Below, piece after piece: positions 45,226-55,815 of a stretch of DNA of 64,000 nt. How positions within the stretch are numbered: position 1 is the first letter of the stretch; each line of letters begins with the position of its first letter. The stretch lies in assembly GCF_044647545.1 (NCBI RefSeq), contig NZ_CP172818.1; one strand, given 5' to 3'. The notes below the pieces were generated by a model. The model was not told where the DNA came from. It made no database searches and saw only the letters and a list, made by a program, of their open reading frames with translations. A program made the translations under genes and the position numbers. The DNA comes from Escherichia coli. GTDB lineage: Bacteria; Pseudomonadota; Gammaproteobacteria; Enterobacterales; Enterobacteriaceae.

Positions 45226-46354
45226 ACTGAACGATCTTCTGACCACCCGTGAGCTACAACGCTGGCGATTAATTCTTGGCGAAGCGGCAGAAACGACGCT
45301 TTGTGGGCTGGATGACAACGCCCGGCAGATAGACCACGCGCTGGAGTGGCTGTACGGGCGCGATCCTGAACGGCTCCAGCGTGGTGAACGCTCCGGTGGA
45401 TTAGGTGGCTCAAATCTCACCACCCCTGAGTGGATCAACAGTATTCACACGCTGTTTCCGCAACAGGTGATTGAACGGCTGGAAAGCGATGCCGTACTGC
45501 GCTACGGCATTGAAGATGTGGTGACAAATCTCGACGTGCTGGAACGTATGCAGCCTTCGGAAAGCCTGCTACGCGCCGTTTTGCACACCAAACATCTGAT
45601 GAATCCCGAAGTACTGGCTGCCGCCCGCCGGATAGTACGCCAGGTTGTGGAAGAAATTATGGCGCGACTGGCAAAGGAAGTTCGTCAGGCTTTTTCTGGT
45701 GTCCGCGATCGCCGTCGCCGCTCATTTATTCCACTGGCGCGAAACTTTGATTTCAAAAGTACTCTGCGCGCCAACCTGCAACACTGGCACCCGCAACACG
45801 GCAAGTTGTATATCGAATCCCCCCGCTTTAACAGCCGCATTAAACGCCAAAGCGAACAATGGCAACTGGTCTTACTGGTTGATCAAAGCGGATCAATGGT
45901 GGACTCGGTGATCCACTCAGCGGTGATGGCGGCCTGTTTATGGCAGTTACCCGGTATTCGTACCCATCTGGTGGCGTTTGACACCAGCGTGGTTGATCTC
46001 ACGGCAGACGTTGCCGATCCGGTAGAGTTATTAATGAAAGTGCAATTAGGCGGCGGAACCAATATCGCCAGTGCCATGGAATATGGTCGGCAACTTATTG
46101 AACAACCAGCGAAAAGCGTCATCATCCTCGTGAGCGATTTTTACGAAGGGGGTTCATCATCATTACTGACGCATCAGGTGAAAAAGTGTGTCCAGAGCGG
46201 CATCAAAGTGCTGGGACTGGCGGCGCTCGATAGCACCGCAACACCTTGCTATGACCACGATACGGCCCAGGCGCTAGTTAATGTCGGCGCACAAATAGCC
46301 GCCATGACACCGGGCGAGCTGGCGGCCTGGCTTGCGGAGAATCTTCAGTCATGA
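45218..46354 (+). CDS. yehP: von Willebrand factor A (VWA) domain protein YehP
   Basis: 378 aa; C-terminal VWA with MIDAS DxSxS (LVLLVDQSGSM), further ...GGGTN... and ILVSDFYEGG; start ATG overlaps yehM stop (ATGTCTGA). Confidence 0.88.
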   Translation: MSELNDLLTTRELQRWRLILGEAAETTLCGLDDNARQIDHALEWLYGRDPERLQRGERSGGLGGSNLTTPEWINSIHTLFPQQVIERLESDAVLRYGIEDVVTNLDVLERMQPSESLLRAVLHTKHLMNPEVLAAARRIVRQVVEEIMARLAKEVRQAFSGVRDRRRRSFIPLARNFDFKSTLRANLQHWHPQHGKLYIESPRFNSRIKRQSEQWQLVLLVDQSGSMVDSVIHSAVMAACLWQLPGIRTHLVAFDTSVVDLTADVADPVELLMKVQLGGGTNIASAMEYGRQLIEQPAKSVIILVSDFYEGGSSSLLTHQVKKCVQSGIKVLGLAALDSTATPCYDHDTAQALVNVGAQIAAMTPGELAAWLAENLQS

Positions 46355-48351
46355 ATTCACTACGTCCGGAATTATTAGAACTGACGCCGCAGGCCCTGAC
46401 GGCGTTAAGCAATGCCGGTTTTGTTAAACGCAGTCTTAAGGAACTGGAAAATGGCAACGTCCCGGAAATCAGCCATAAGAACGGCGCTTTAATCGCCACC
46501 TTCAGTGACGGTGTCCGTACCCAGCTGGCGAACGGTCAGGCACTGAAAGAGGCTCAATGCAGCTGCGGGGCCAGCGGCATGTGCCGCCATCGCGTGATGC
46601 TGGTTTTAAGTTATCAGCGACTTTGCGCCACCACCCAGCCTACGGAAAAAGAAGAAGAGTGGGATCCGGCAATCTGGCTAGAAGAACTGGCTACCCTTCC
46701 CGATGCCACCCGCAAACGCGCGCAGGCGCTGGTCGCTAAAGGCATCACCATTGAGTTGTTCTGTACGCCGGGCGAAATTCCCTCTGCCCGCTTACCGATG
46801 AGCGATGTACGTTTTTATTCCCGCAGCAGCATTCGTTTCGCACGCTGTGATTGTATTGAAGGAACACTTTGCGAACATGTTGTGCTGGCAGTACAGGCCT
46901 TTGTCCAGGCCAAAGCGCAGCAAGCAGAATTTAACCATTTAATCTGGCAGATGCGCAGCGAACACGTCACATCATCTGACGATCCGTTTGCCAGCGAAGA
47001 GGGCAACGCGTGTCGTCAATATGTTCAGCAACTAAGCCAGGCATTATGGCTGAGCGGCATCAGCCAGCCGCTTATTCATTACGAGGCCGCTTTCAGCCGC
47101 GCGCAGCAAGCGGCGGAACGCTGCAACTGGCGCTGGGTAAGTGAATCACTACGACAGCTACGGGCAAGCGTTGATGCCTTCCACGCCCGCGCCAGTCACT
47201 ATCATGCCGGAGAATGCTTACGTCAGCTTGCGGCATTAAACAGTCGATTAAATTGCGCACAAGAGATGGCGCGGCGCGACAGTGTTGGTGAAGTTCCTCC
47301 TGTGCCGTGGCGCACGGTCGTTGGCGCTGGCATTGCCGGAGAAGCAAAGCTTGATCATCTGCGGCTGGTGTCTTTAGGTATGCGTTGCTGGCAGGATATT
47401 GAGCAGTATGGTTTACGCATCTGGTTCACCGATCCCGACACCGGCAGTATTTTGCATCTTTCGCGTAGTTGGCCGAGAAGCGAACAGGAAAATTCACCGG
47501 CAGCGACGCGTCGGCTGTTTAGTTTTCTGGCTGGCGCACTGGCAGGTGGGCAAATTGTTTCACAAGCAGCAAAACGCAGTGCCGATGGCGAACTGCTATT
47601 AGCTACCCGCAACCGCTTGAGTAGTGTTGTGCCGCTGTCGCCAGACGCCTGGCAAATGTTGAGCGCGCCATTGCGCCAGCCGGGCATTGTGGCTTTGCGG
47701 GAATATTTACGCCAGCGTCCCCCCGCCTGCATACGGCCTCTTAATCAGGTGGATAACTTATTTATTCTGCCAGTCGCTGAGTGTATTTCACTCGGTTGGG
47801 ATAGCAGCCGCCAGACACTGGATGCGCAGGTAATCAGCGGCGAAGGTGAAGATAACGTGCTGACATTATCCCTACCAGCCTCTGCCTGTTCGCCCTTTGC
47901 TGTTGAACGCATGGCGGCGCTTTTGCAACAAACAGACGACCCCGTGAGTCTGGTTTCTGGCTTTGTCAGCTTTGTAGAGGGGCAATTGACACTGGAACCA
48001 CGGGTGATGATGACAAAAAACCGCGCCTGGGCGCTGGACGCAGAAACTGCGCCTGTGGCACCGCTACCTTCTGCCAGCGTTTTGCCTGTGCCGTCTACCG
48101 CTCATCAGTTGCTGATGCGCTGCCAGGCGTTACTTATTCAACTGCTCCATAACGGCTGGCGCTATCAGGAACAGAGTGCTATTGGTCAGGCAGAGTTGCT
48201 GGCGAATGACCTCACCGCGGTGGGTTTTTATCGGCTGGCACATGTGTTGGCACAATTTCGTAATACAGAAAGCGAGGCACGGGTAGAAGCAATGAATAAC
48301 GGTGTTTTGATTTGCGAACAATTATTCCCCATGCTTCAGCAACAAGGATGA
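46351..48351 (+). CDS. yehQ: SWIM zinc-finger domain protein YehQ
   Basis: 666 aa as ORF; two CxC...CxH SWIM-like motifs (CSCGASGMCRHRVM and CDCIEGTLCEHVVLAV); start overlaps yehP stop (ATGA). Confidence 0.85.
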   Translation: MNSLRPELLELTPQALTALSNAGFVKRSLKELENGNVPEISHKNGALIATFSDGVRTQLANGQALKEAQCSCGASGMCRHRVMLVLSYQRLCATTQPTEKEEEWDPAIWLEELATLPDATRKRAQALVAKGITIELFCTPGEIPSARLPMSDVRFYSRSSIRFARCDCIEGTLCEHVVLAVQAFVQAKAQQAEFNHLIWQMRSEHVTSSDDPFASEEGNACRQYVQQLSQALWLSGISQPLIHYEAAFSRAQQAAERCNWRWVSESLRQLRASVDAFHARASHYHAGECLRQLAALNSRLNCAQEMARRDSVGEVPPVPWRTVVGAGIAGEAKLDHLRLVSLGMRCWQDIEQYGLRIWFTDPDTGSILHLSRSWPRSEQENSPAATRRLFSFLAGALAGGQIVSQAAKRSADGELLLATRNRLSSVVPLSPDAWQMLSAPLRQPGIVALREYLRQRPPACIRPLNQVDNLFILPVAECISLGWDSSRQTLDAQVISGEGEDNVLTLSLPASACSPFAVERMAALLQQTDDPVSLVSGFVSFVEGQLTLEPRVMMTKNRAWALDAETAPVAPLPSASVLPVPSTAHQLLMRCQALLIQLLHNGWRYQEQSAIGQAELLANDLTAVGFYRLAHVLAQFRNTESEARVEAMNNGVLICEQLFPMLQQQG

Positions 48352-48475
48352 AATAGTGCTTTTTACTAAGAGTTCTACTCCAGTTCCGGACTGCTCACGC
48401 CACAGTATTAGGCATATCCTATATAGCCCCTGGTGAGAGTCACCAGTTCCTTGATTAAATAAAATGGAGTTTTAC

Positions 48476-48937
48476 ATGAAGGCTTTCAATAAGCTGTTTT
48501 CCCTTGTTGTTGCATCTGTTCTGGTTTTCTCTCTTGCTGGCTGCGGTGACAAAGAAGAATCAAAGAAATTCAGCGCCAATCTGAACGGCACTGAAATTGC
48601 CATTACCTATGTCTACAAAGGTGACAAGGTGCTTAAGCAATCTTCTGAAACCAAAATTCAATTTGCCTCCATTGGTGCAACCACCAAAGAAGATGCCGCC
48701 AGGACACTTGAGCCGTTAAGCGCCAAATACAAAAACATCGCGGGTGTTGAAGAAAAATTAACCTATACCGATACCTACGCGCAGGAAAACGTGACTATTG
48801 ATATGGAAAAAGTGGATTTTAAAGCCCTGCAGGGTATTTCAGGAATCAACGTTTCTGCTGAAGATGCCAAAAAAGGTATCACTATGGCGCAAATGGAACT
48901 GGTGATGAAAGCCGCTGGTTTTAAAGAAGTGAAATAA
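48476..48937 (+). CDS. yehR: Lipoprotein YehR (DUF1307)
   Basis: 153 aa from MKAFNKLFSLVVASVLVFSLAGC (lipobox LAGC). Confidence 0.85.
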   Translation: MKAFNKLFSLVVASVLVFSLAGCGDKEESKKFSANLNGTEIAITYVYKGDKVLKQSSETKIQFASIGATTKEDAARTLEPLSAKYKNIAGVEEKLTYTDTYAQENVTIDMEKVDFKALQGISGINVSAEDAKKGITMAQMELVMKAAGFKEVK

Positions 48938-48941
48938 TCTG

Positions 48942-48972
48942 TCGGCGGCCATGTTTCGCATGGCCGCCATAC
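48942..48972. terminator. Bidirectional hairpin terminator between convergent yehR and yehS
   Basis: GGCGGCCATG-TTTCG-CATGGCCGCC perfect 10-bp stem. Confidence 0.65.
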
Positions 48973-48977
48973 CCGTC

Positions 48978-49448
48978 TTAGCTTTTCTTCACATGCTGGC
49001 GCGCTGCCAGTCCACGCAGAAAATAACGTAAAAATTGATCGCCGCATTCGCGGAAGTTTTTATGATCCGGTGCACGCATCATCGCCGTAATTTCCGGCAT
49101 CGAAACGCGGAACTGCTGTTCGGTGAGGATTGCCAGAATGTCATCGGTTTTAAGCGAAAACGCGATGCGTAATTTTTTCAGCACGATGTTGTTATTAATG
49201 CGACGTTCCGGCTCCAGTGCCGGAGCAGACTCATCCTTGCCGCGTTTTTCATAAATCAGGCCATTGAGGAATGACGACAAAACAATGTCCGGACAACGCT
49301 GAAAACCCTCTTCGTCTTCTTTACGTAGCCAGACGGCGATCTGTTCCGCGGTGGCTTCGACATTACCCAGCGCCAGAATACGCACCAGGTCATTATTATT
49401 GGCTTTCAAAATGTAGCGCACGCTGCGCAGAATATCGTTACTTAGCAT
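48978..49448 (-). CDS. yehS: DUF1456 protein YehS
   Basis: 156 aa from MLSNDILRSVRYIL; duplicated DUF1456 module. Confidence 0.82.
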   Translation of the reverse strand: MLSNDILRSVRYILKANNNDLVRILALGNVEATAEQIAVWLRKEDEEGFQRCPDIVLSSFLNGLIYEKRGKDESAPALEPERRINNNIVLKKLRIAFSLKTDDILAILTEQQFRVSMPEITAMMRAPDHKNFRECGDQFLRYFLRGLAARQHVKKS

Positions 49449-49494
49449 GAGGCCTTCAGGTGTTGATGAGGCAAAAAGCCATTTTAGCAGTCTT

Positions 49495-50214
49495 TTACAG
49501 GCCAATCGCCTCTTTTAAGCTTTTCAGATAACGGCGGCTGACCGGCACGGTTAAGCCATTACGCAAAATCAACTCGGCCTGGCCGTTATCTTCCAGACGA
49601 ATCTCCTGTAAATGCGCGAGGTTAACCAGATACTGACGATGGCAGCGCAGTAATGGTGTACGACTTTCCAGGGTACGTAATGTCAGTTCGGTAAAGCCCT
49701 CTTTCCCTTCGTGACTGGTAACGTAGACACCGCTCATCCGACTGCTGACAAATGCCACATCTTTCATTTGCAGCAAATAAATCCGACTATGCCCCGTACA
49801 AGGGATAAATTTCAGCGCCTGTTGATTTTCCGGTAACAGCGAAACATCCTGCTTGCTGCGCTCCTGACGCAATCGCGCCAGCGTTTTCTCCAGTCGCACT
49901 TCATCAATTGGCTTCAGCAGATAATCAAAGGCATGTTCTTCAAAGGCTTTAATGGCGTATTCGTCAAACGCGGTGAGAAAAACAATATACGGGCGATGTT
50001 CCGGGTCGAGCATCCCCACCATTTCCAGACCACTGATGCGCGGCATCTGGATATCGAGAAACAGCACATCCGGGCGCAGTTTATGCACCGCGCCGATCCC
50101 TTCTACGGCGTTTGAACACTCTCCAACGATTTCAATATCGCTCTGCTCCTGCAAAAATACGCGCAGGTTCTCCCGTGCTAACGGTTCATCATCGACAATT
50201 AAGACTTTAATCAT
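49495..50214 (-). CDS. btsR: LytTR-family response regulator BtsR (YehT)
   Basis: 239 aa from [16 protein letters not shown]; receiver plus LytTR DNA-binding domain; start overlaps btsS stop. Confidence 0.92.
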   Translation of the reverse strand: MIKVLIVDDEPLARENLRVFLQEQSDIEIVGECSNAVEGIGAVHKLRPDVLFLDIQMPRISGLEMVGMLDPEHRPYIVFLTAFDEYAIKAFEEHAFDYLLKPIDEVRLEKTLARLRQERSKQDVSLLPENQQALKFIPCTGHSRIYLLQMKDVAFVSSRMSGVYVTSHEGKEGFTELTLRTLESRTPLLRCHRQYLVNLAHLQEIRLEDNGQAELILRNGLTVPVSRRYLKSLKEAIGL

Positions 50215-51896
50215 GCCTCGTCCCTCCATGGTAGTCGTAACGTTATTCGGGTGTAACTATCAGGCTCACAGGCGACGCTTATCCCATAGTCATCGCCAAA
50301 CCGTTCACGTAAACGCTTATCCACCAGATTCATCCCCAGCCCACTGGCATTGGTTACCGGTTGATACAAACCGGCATTGTCTTCGATCTCCAGCATCAAA
50401 TGTTGCCCCTCACGTCGGGCGCTGATTGCCACTCGCCCTGTATCCAGCAGTTGTGATGTCCCATGTTTAATGGCGTTTTCCACTATCGGTTGCAGGGTAA
50501 ACGCGGGCAATTGCTGCTGGGATAATTCTTGCGGAATAGCAATGTTGACCTGCAACCGCGACTGGAAGCGCGCCTTTTCAATTTGCAGATAAGCGTTCAC
50601 ATGTTCAATTTCGTCGGCGAGAGTAACAAACTCCGAAGGCCGCTTTAAGTTTTTGCGGAAAAAAGTGGAAAGATACTGCACCAGCTGGCTGGCCTGTTCG
50701 CTGTCGCGGCGGATCACCGCTTTAATGGTGTTAAGCGCATTAAACAAAAAATGGGGATTCACCTGGGCGTGAAGCAGTTTGATCTCTGACTGGGTGAGCA
50801 TCGCTTTTTGCCGCTCATATTGCCCGGCGAGGATCTGCGCCGAAAGCAGTTGCGCAATCCCCTCGCCCAGCGTGCGGTTGATTGAACTGAATAAACGGTT
50901 TTTGGCTTCATACAATTTGATGGTACCCATCACTCGCTGATTTTCACCACGCAACGGAATGACCAGCGTCGACCCCAGTTTGCATTGCGGATGCAAAGAG
51001 CAACGGTAAGGCACTTCGTTGCCATCAGCGTAGACCACTTCACCGGTTTCAATCGCTTTTAAGGTATAAGTTGAAGAAATCGGTTTGCCGGGTAAATGGT
51101 GGTCGTCACCAATTCCGGTAAAGGCCAGCAATTTCTCTCGATCGGTAATCGCGACTGCACCAATATCCAGCTCCTGATACAGCACCTGTGCCACTTTCAT
51201 GCTGTTCTCTTCGTTAAACCCCTGGCGCAAAATGCCTTCCGTCGAGGCCGCCACTTTCAGCGCAGTGGCAGAAAAAGCCGAAGTGTATTTTTCAAACATC
51301 GCGCGTTTATCGAGCAATATACGCATAAACAGTGCCGCGCCGACGGTATTGGTGACCATCATTGGCGCAGCAATATTACTCACCAGACGCACCGCATCTT
51401 CATAAGGTCGGGCGATCGCCAGGATGATCAACATTTGCACCATTTCAGCGACGAACGTGACGGCACCGGCGGTAATGGGGTTAAAGACTTTATCAGTGCG
51501 CCCGCGACGGATCAGGATGCTGTGTACCAGGCCGCCGAGCAATCCTTCAACGATGGTCGAGATCATGCAACTTAGCGCGGTCATGCCCCCCATCGAATAT
51601 CGATGTAACCCGCCGGTCAGACCAACCAGCCCACCGACGACCGGACCGCCGAGTAAGCCGCCCATTACCGCGCCTATCGCACGGGTATTGGCAATAGAAT
51701 CGTCAATGTGCAACCCAAACCAGGTGCCCATGATGCAGAAGATGGAAAAGACGATGTAGCAGAGAAATTTATGCGGCAGACGAACCGTGACCTGCATTAG
51801 CGGTATGAATAATGGCGTTTTACTCATTAACCACGCAATGACTAAAAAAACGCACATCTGCTGAAGCAGCAGCAACACCAGATTAAAATCGTACAT
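50211..51896 (-). CDS. btsS: LytS-type sensor histidine kinase BtsS (YehU), pyruvate sensing
   Basis: 561 aa; 5TM-LytS N-terminus, GAF, His kinase core. Confidence 0.92.
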   Translation of the reverse strand: MYDFNLVLLLLQQMCVFLVIAWLMSKTPLFIPLMQVTVRLPHKFLCYIVFSIFCIMGTWFGLHIDDSIANTRAIGAVMGGLLGGPVVGGLVGLTGGLHRYSMGGMTALSCMISTIVEGLLGGLVHSILIRRGRTDKVFNPITAGAVTFVAEMVQMLIILAIARPYEDAVRLVSNIAAPMMVTNTVGAALFMRILLDKRAMFEKYTSAFSATALKVAASTEGILRQGFNEENSMKVAQVLYQELDIGAVAITDREKLLAFTGIGDDHHLPGKPISSTYTLKAIETGEVVYADGNEVPYRCSLHPQCKLGSTLVIPLRGENQRVMGTIKLYEAKNRLFSSINRTLGEGIAQLLSAQILAGQYERQKAMLTQSEIKLLHAQVNPHFLFNALNTIKAVIRRDSEQASQLVQYLSTFFRKNLKRPSEFVTLADEIEHVNAYLQIEKARFQSRLQVNIAIPQELSQQQLPAFTLQPIVENAIKHGTSQLLDTGRVAISARREGQHLMLEIEDNAGLYQPVTNASGLGMNLVDKRLRERFGDDYGISVACEPDSYTRITLRLPWRDEA

Positions 51897-52117
51897 ACCC
51901 GCAAACCACACTTCCCTTTAAAACGCGTAACATACATTGCTTGCGTTTAACTTTCTTTGAACTCTTGCAGAAAAATGAGAATTCGTGAGTACGATCACTC
52001 AAAATCGCCTGGCAAAAATAAAATCACCCTATAGATGCACAAAAAACGGGCAAAACTACCTGGTTCGCAAAACTGCGTCTAAAGTTAAACCGGGACCTCG
52101 CGAGCAAGGGTGAGACG

Positions 52118-52849
52118 ATGGCGCTTTACACAATTGGTGAAGTGGCGTTGCTTTGTGATATTAACCCTGTCACGTTACGCGCGTGGCAGAGGCGTTACGG
52201 ATTGCTGAAACCGCAACGGACAGACGGCGGTCATCGGCTGTTCAATGATGCCGATATTGACCGTATCCGCGAGATCAAACGCTGGATCGACAACGGCGTG
52301 CAGGTCAGCAAAGTTAAAATGCTGCTCAGTAATGAAAATGTTGATGTGCAGAACGGCTGGCGCGATCAGCAAGAAACATTACTGACTTACCTGCAAAGCG
52401 GCAATCTGCATAGCCTGCGAACGTGGATCAAAGAGCGCGGTCAGGATTACCCCGCCCAGACACTCACCACGCACCTGTTTATTCCTCTGCGCCGACGACT
52501 TCAGTGCCAACAACCGACTCTCCAGGCGCTGCTGGCGATTCTCGACGGCGTACTGATCAACTACATCGCCATTTGCCTGGCTTCGGCACGTAAAAAACAG
52601 GGTAAAGATGCGCTGGTGGTTGGCTGGAATATTCACGATACCACCCGTCTGTGGCTGGAGGGCTGGATTGCCAGTCAACAAGGATGGCGCATTGATGTCC
52701 TCGCCCACTCGCTCAATCAACTACGCCCTGAACTGTTCGAAGGCCGTACATTGCTGGTGTGGTGCGGTGAAAATCGAACCTCTGCCCAACAGCAGCAACT
52801 CACCAGTTGGCAGGAACAAGGCCATGATATTTTCCCACTCGGCATTTAA
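52118..52849 (+). CDS. mlrA: MerR-family transcriptional regulator MlrA (YehV), curli/csgD activator
   Basis: 243 aa; N-terminal MerR HTH (YTIGEVALLCDINPVTLRAWQRRYGLL). Confidence 0.9.
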   Translation: MALYTIGEVALLCDINPVTLRAWQRRYGLLKPQRTDGGHRLFNDADIDRIREIKRWIDNGVQVSKVKMLLSNENVDVQNGWRDQQETLLTYLQSGNLHSLRTWIKERGQDYPAQTLTTHLFIPLRRRLQCQQPTLQALLAILDGVLINYIAICLASARKKQGKDALVVGWNIHDTTRLWLEGWIASQQGWRIDVLAHSLNQLRPELFEGRTLLVWCGENRTSAQQQQLTSWQEQGHDIFPLGI

Positions 52850-52908
52850 TGATTCGTTAACAAATGCGCTTTACTGTACAATCCTTTCGTTAACATAAGG
52901 AGTGCATT

Positions 52909-53016
52909 ATGCGCATAGCTAAAATTGGGGTCATCGCCCTGTTCCTGTTTATGGCGTTAGGTGGAATTGGTGGCGTCATGCTCGCAGGTTATACCTTTAT
53001 TTTGCGTGCTGGCTAA
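52909..53016 (+). CDS. yohO: Small membrane protein YohO (35 aa)
   Basis: ATG at 52909 with RBS TAAGGAG 8 nt upstream; encodes [35 protein letters not shown]; 3' end overlaps yehW 3' end on opposite strand by 20 bp; not in supplied ORF track (below length cutoff). Confidence 0.75.
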
Positions 53017-53728
53017 GTGCCTGCACCAGCCTTTCAAACAGGCGGTCTGCGATGATCGCCGCCAGTGCCACCAGTAACGCCCCCTGGATCACATACGCGG
53101 TATTAAATCCGCTAAGCCCGATGATGATCGGCGTACCCAGCGTGCTGGCCCCTACCGTTGAGGCGATCGTCGCCGTACCAATGTTGATAATCACCGAAGT
53201 TCGCACGCCCGCCAGAATCACCGGAGCCGCCAGCGGTAGCTCGACCTTACGCAGTCGCTGACCACGACTCATTCCCATACCTTTCGCAACTTCTGTCACG
53301 CTGGCATCAATCGCTCCCAGCCCGGCAAGTGTCGCCTGCAGGACGGGCAGCACGCCGTAAAGGATCAAGGCGATAATCGCGGGTTGCAGACCAAAGCCGA
53401 TCACCGGAACGGCAATCGCCAGCACTGCAACGGGCGGAAAAGTCTGCCCAACGGCGGCAATAGTTTCCACCAGTGGGCGAAATTCCGCGCCCCACGGGCG
53501 AGTGACCGCAATTCCGGCACCAGTACCAATGATCACCGCAAACAAACTCGAAATTCCCACCAGCCAGAAATGAGCCAGTGCCAGAGCTGCAAAACTCTCT
53601 TGCTGATAAACGGGTCGTGGCAGTTGTGGGAACAAGGCAGCAAACAGCGGCTGGCTGTAAGGTAGCCAGAAAATCAGCACCACAAACAGAGCAATCAGCC
53701 AGAACAGCGGATCGCGCAACATCTTCAT
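52997..53728 (-). CDS. yehW: Glycine betaine ABC transporter permease YehW
   Basis: 243 aa; ABC permease; operon osmF-yehYXW. Confidence 0.9.
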
Positions 53729-53732
53729 ACGC

Positions 53733-54659
53733 TTACGCCTCCTCCAGCAGATCCTGAAAATGCAGCGTGCCGCAAGGCTGGCCCTGCGTGTTCACCACCG
53801 GCAGCACCTCGCATCCCCGCGCGACAAACAGAGAAAGCGCATCGCGTAGCGTCATCTCTTCTGCCAGTGCCTCACCTTCTGCCCGTTCTTCGCGACGCAC
53901 GTAATCCGCCACACTACGTAACGAAAGCAGGCGCACACCCAGTTCACTACGTCCAAAAAACTGGCGGACAAAATCATTCACCGGACGAGTCAGCATCGTC
54001 AGCGGATTACCCTGCTGCACCACTTCACCGTGATCCATCAATACAAGATGTTCTGCCAGCCGTAGCGCCTCATCAATATCATGAGTGACCAGCACAATAG
54101 TACGCCCCAGCAAACGGTGAATGCGCGTCATCTCTTGTTGCAACGCACCGCGCGTTACCGGGTCCAGTGCGCCAAAAGGTTCATCCATCAGTAAGACTTG
54201 CGGATCGGCAGCCAGTGCGCGCGCCACTCCCACACGTTGCTGCTGACCACCGGAAAGCTGATGCGGATAACGCTCACGTAAATTTGACTCCAGCCCCAGT
54301 AGCGCCATTAATTCGTCGATACGATCGTCAATCCTCGCCCGCGACCATTTTTGTAATTGCGGCACGGTAGCGATGTTTTGCGCCACGCTCCAGTGGGGGA
54401 ACAGGCCAATAGATTGAATGGCATAGCCCATCCGGCGGCGCAACTCCAGTACTGGCAGCGAGCGAATTTCTTCTCCGGCAAAGCGGATCACGCCGCTGTC
54501 ATGCTCCACCAGGCGGTTAATCATTTTCAGGGTGGTGGATTTGCCGGAGCCAGATGTGCCAATCAGCACCGAAAAACTCCCTTCCTGAAAATTGAGATTG
54601 AGATCGTTAACGGCTTTTTGTGCGCCGAACAGTTTGCTGACATGGCTAAATTCAATCAT
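53733..54659 (-). CDS. yehX: Glycine betaine ABC transporter ATP-binding protein YehX
   Basis: 308 aa; Walker [13 protein letters not shown] signature LSGGQQQR, Walker B LLMDEP. Confidence 0.92.
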   Translation of the reverse strand: MIEFSHVSKLFGAQKAVNDLNLNFQEGSFSVLIGTSGSGKSTTLKMINRLVEHDSGVIRFAGEEIRSLPVLELRRRMGYAIQSIGLFPHWSVAQNIATVPQLQKWSRARIDDRIDELMALLGLESNLRERYPHQLSGGQQQRVGVARALAADPQVLLMDEPFGALDPVTRGALQQEMTRIHRLLGRTIVLVTHDIDEALRLAEHLVLMDHGEVVQQGNPLTMLTRPVNDFVRQFFGRSELGVRLLSLRSVADYVRREERAEGEALAEEMTLRDALSLFVARGCEVLPVVNTQGQPCGTLHFQDLLEEA

Positions 54660-55809
54660 TACGTTTCACCTTCAGCAGTGCGATAAGCAAATCGAACAGC
54701 GCGTCGGTAAGCACCGCCAGAACAATTACCGGGATCACCCCCAGCAACACTAAATCAATGGCACTGCTTAGCAGCCCCTGGAAAACCAGCGCACCAAAAC
54801 CGCCTGCACCGATTAACGCCGCAATCACCGCCATACCTACAGTTTGCACCATCACCACCCGCAGGCTGCGCAGAAATACCGGTAACGCCAGCGGTAACTG
54901 AACATGCAGGAATCGCTGCGCCCCGCTCATCCCCATCGCTCTGGCGCTCTCCAGCACATCGCGCGGGATCTGGTTCAAGCCGACTACCACGCCGCGCACC
55001 AGCGGCAGCAAGGCATAGAGCACCAGCGCAATCAGTGCGGGTGTCATTCCGGTTCCTGCTATGCCCAGCTTACCCAGCCACGGAAAGGCCGTAACCAGCG
55101 CGGCAAGCGGCGCAATCAACAGGCCAAAGAGCGCCACCGAAGGCACGGTCTGAATGACATTGAGTAGCGAAAAAATCGCCCCCTGCCGCGCAGTGGAAAA
55201 GTAGCACCAGACGCCCAGCGGCACACCAATCACTAACGCAGGCAGCACCGCACCAAACAGCAACGTCAGATGTTGTGCCAGCGCGTCATCAAACACATCC
55301 TGACGGTTGGCGTATTCTTTCATTAGCGAGAGATCGTTAAGCGCGCCGGAATACAGCAACCACAGCGGAATGATGGCAATCTGCATATGCAACAACCAGC
55401 GCCACAGCGGATGCGTGGAGATTCGTCGGATGGCATCGCTACAGGCAAGCAATGCCAGCGCCGCAGCCAGCCAGAAACCACTGCCGAGGCTGGTACGCGC
55501 CAGCGCACTGCCATTTTGCGCCAGTTGGGTCGCCGCTTTTCCCGCTCCCCACACCAGCAATACGAAGACGAGTTGCGCCAGGATGAGTGCAAAAATGCTG
55601 CCTTTTTTAGCGGGAATAAAACAGGCTGTCAGCCAGGCGCAACATACGCCCACCAGCATCCAGATCGTTTGCGGCCACAGCTGCCAGAGATGACGCCCCT
55701 CACCCGAAACTAAACGATTAGGCGCGTAACTGATAAACGGCAGCGCCGCTGCGATTGCCGTCAGCAACAGCAGCAGCGCCAGAACAGGATTAATACGTAG
55801 ATAAGTCAC
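54652..55809 (-). CDS. yehY: Glycine betaine ABC transporter permease YehY
   Basis: 385 aa; polytopic permease; overlaps yehX start. Confidence 0.9.
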   Translation of the reverse strand: MTYLRINPVLALLLLLTAIAAALPFISYAPNRLVSGEGRHLWQLWPQTIWMLVGVCCAWLTACFIPAKKGSIFALILAQLVFVLLVWGAGKAATQLAQNGSALARTSLGSGFWLAAALALLACSDAIRRISTHPLWRWLLHMQIAIIPLWLLYSGALNDLSLMKEYANRQDVFDDALAQHLTLLFGAVLPALVIGVPLGVWCYFSTARQGAIFSLLNVIQTVPSVALFGLLIAPLAALVTAFPWLGKLGIAGTGMTPALIALVLYALLPLVRGVVVGLNQIPRDVLESARAMGMSGAQRFLHVQLPLALPVFLRSLRVVMVQTVGMAVIAALIGAGGFGALVFQGLLSSAIDLVLLGVIPVIVLAVLTDALFDLLIALLKVKRND

Positions 55810-55815
55810 GGGAAA

